From Trichormus sp. ATA11-4-KO1 (GTDB lineage Bacteria > Cyanobacteriota > Cyanobacteriia > Cyanobacteriales > Nostocaceae): a DNA stretch of 64,000 bases. This document shows, piece by piece, positions 62,834-64,000 of the stretch (position 1 is its first letter; every line of letters starts with the position of its first letter). The notes under the pieces were generated by a model that searched no databases, was not told the origin of the DNA, and worked only from the letters and a program-made list of their open reading frames with translations. The translations under genes and the position numbers were made by a program. The stretch is from contig JAHHIM010000001.1 in the NCBI GenBank assembly GCA_019358915.1, positions 128,001 to 192,000 of the forward strand, read 5' to 3'.

Positions 62834-63607
62834 ATGGCGCAGCGCTATGTGCGAGTTCAAAATCTAGAAGGTAAAATTTACTATGGATTGCTACAACTAT
62901 CCCTGAACGTGCAGGTGCTAGATGCTCCACCCTGGTTGCAAGGGCAACCCACAGACTTAATTCTAGAACCAGATAATTACCAAATTTTGACTCCCTGCTC
63001 TCCCTCAAAAATTGTAGCGGTGGGTAAAAATTATGCAGATCATGCAGAAGAAATGGGTACTACAGTCCCCAAAGAACCATTAATTTTTCTCAAGCCGCCG
63101 ACATCTATTATTGCCTCGGAAACTGAAATCAAGTATCCTCCCCAGTCGCAACGCGTAGACTACGAAGGAGAATTAGCATTAGTAATTGGCGATCGCACTT
63201 GTGACTGCACACTAGAAGAAGCCCAGACCAAAATTTGGGGCTATACCATCGCTAACGATGTGACAGCGAGGGATTTACAACAAAAGGATGGTCAATGGAC
63301 TCGTGCTAAAGGTTTTGATACATTCTGTCCCCTAGGTCCTTGGATTGTTCGAGAATTAAATCCTGGAGCTAGGTTACAAACTTTCTTAAATGATGAAGCA
63401 ACTCCCGTACAATCTGCTTGTATTGATCAGATGGTGTTTCCTCCCGATGTGCTAGTGTCCTATATCAGTCAAGTGATGACACTACTACCAGGAGATATAG
63501 TATTAACGGGTACGCCATTGGGTGTAGGGCCATTGCAAATAGGCGATCGCGTCCGCGTCGAAATTGAAGGCATTGGTCGCTTAGAAAACACCGTAGCGGC
63601 CCGTTAA
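62834..63607 (+). CDS. fumarylacetoacetate hydrolase family protein
   Basis: GKNYADH, DYEGELA, NDVTARD and LTGTP motifs. Confidence 0.92.
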   Translation: MAQRYVRVQNLEGKIYYGLLQLSLNVQVLDAPPWLQGQPTDLILEPDNYQILTPCSPSKIVAVGKNYADHAEEMGTTVPKEPLIFLKPPTSIIASETEIKYPPQSQRVDYEGELALVIGDRTCDCTLEEAQTKIWGYTIANDVTARDLQQKDGQWTRAKGFDTFCPLGPWIVRELNPGARLQTFLNDEATPVQSACIDQMVFPPDVLVSYISQVMTLLPGDIVLTGTPLGVGPLQIGDRVRVEIEGIGRLENTVAAR

Positions 63608-63610
63608 CTG

Positions 63611-64000
63611 CTAGCGGACTTGCATATAAACTGCATCAGAAATCGCCGGAATTTCTGCGTAACGTCCAAAGAGGGACTGAGCAACAGAATATACAACCGC
63701 TACCACTATGCCTAAAAAGATAGTGTTGGCGATCGTTTCTATGGCAAAGTCAGCACCAGGAATCGGCCCCACAATTTGCAGCAATATGGAACACAAAAAT
63801 ATTACAATGTTCAAAAGAATTGCTTGCATAGTGTTGAAACGAATGAAGTGACTGATTTTTTCGTTTCGCACCACTAAGAGGAATAAGGCAAAGAAAATAA
63901 TCAGGCTGGCAAAAGGAACAGTCCGATAAATTAGCAGTATGGGACTCAAAGGGATAAATAGCACTGTGAGAACTGGAAACTGTCTCAACAGATAGCTACC
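63611..64000 (-). CDS. Tic20 family protein (5' end outside the window)
   Basis: VVRNEKISHFIRFNTMQAIL and GRYAEIPAISDAVYMQV; frame open to the window edge. Confidence 0.9.
   Translation of the reverse strand, partial: GSYLLRQFPVLTVLFIPLSPILLIYRTVPFASLIIFFALFLLVVRNEKISHFIRFNTMQAILLNIVIFLCSILLQIVGPIPGADFAIETIANTIFLGIVVAVVYSVAQSLFGRYAEIPAISDAVYMQVR

Overview
A 64 kb chromosomal window from a cyanobacterium, most likely a heterocystous Nostocales strain. Supporting signs are frequent HIP1 octamers (GCGATCGC), heptamer tandem repeats, SqdB/SqdX, a CyaB-type cyclase, an Omp85-lpx operon and Tic20. (1) 1-9.2 kb is a type I-D CRISPR-Cas locus: small winged-HTH gene, about 250 nt of highly structured non-coding sequence, MNT-HEPN toxin-antitoxin pair, cas10d (probable internal cas11d), cas7, cas5, 2OG-Fe(II) oxygenase, cas6, a scar where cas4 and most of cas1 were deleted, cas2, leader, and a 4-repeat/3-spacer array. 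No cas3 lies in the window. (2) 9-43 kb and 57.8-64 kb are mostly conserved core genes (uvrA, Ycf46-like AAA operon, sqdB/sqdX, cyaB, purC, omp85-lpxC-fabZ-lpxA-lpxB-methyltransferase, radC, recG, tsf, rpsB, argG, rpsF). They are sprinkled with small nested repeat elements and MITEs, some inserted in frame in genes. (3) 43.6-57.6 kb is a phosphate-scavenging island with Pho boxes: two tandem PhoX genes, a CDF metal transporter, a PhoA with an Arg/Pro tail, a small partner protein, and an uncharacterised pair of a Pho-regulated secreted Ala/Gly-rich protein and an outer-membrane beta-barrel. The strongest candidates for undescribed biology are the wHTH + structured RNA cassette heading the CRISPR/TA operon and the Pho-regulated subunit + barrel pair. 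All calls were made by eye from the sequence; no searches or folding programs were run.
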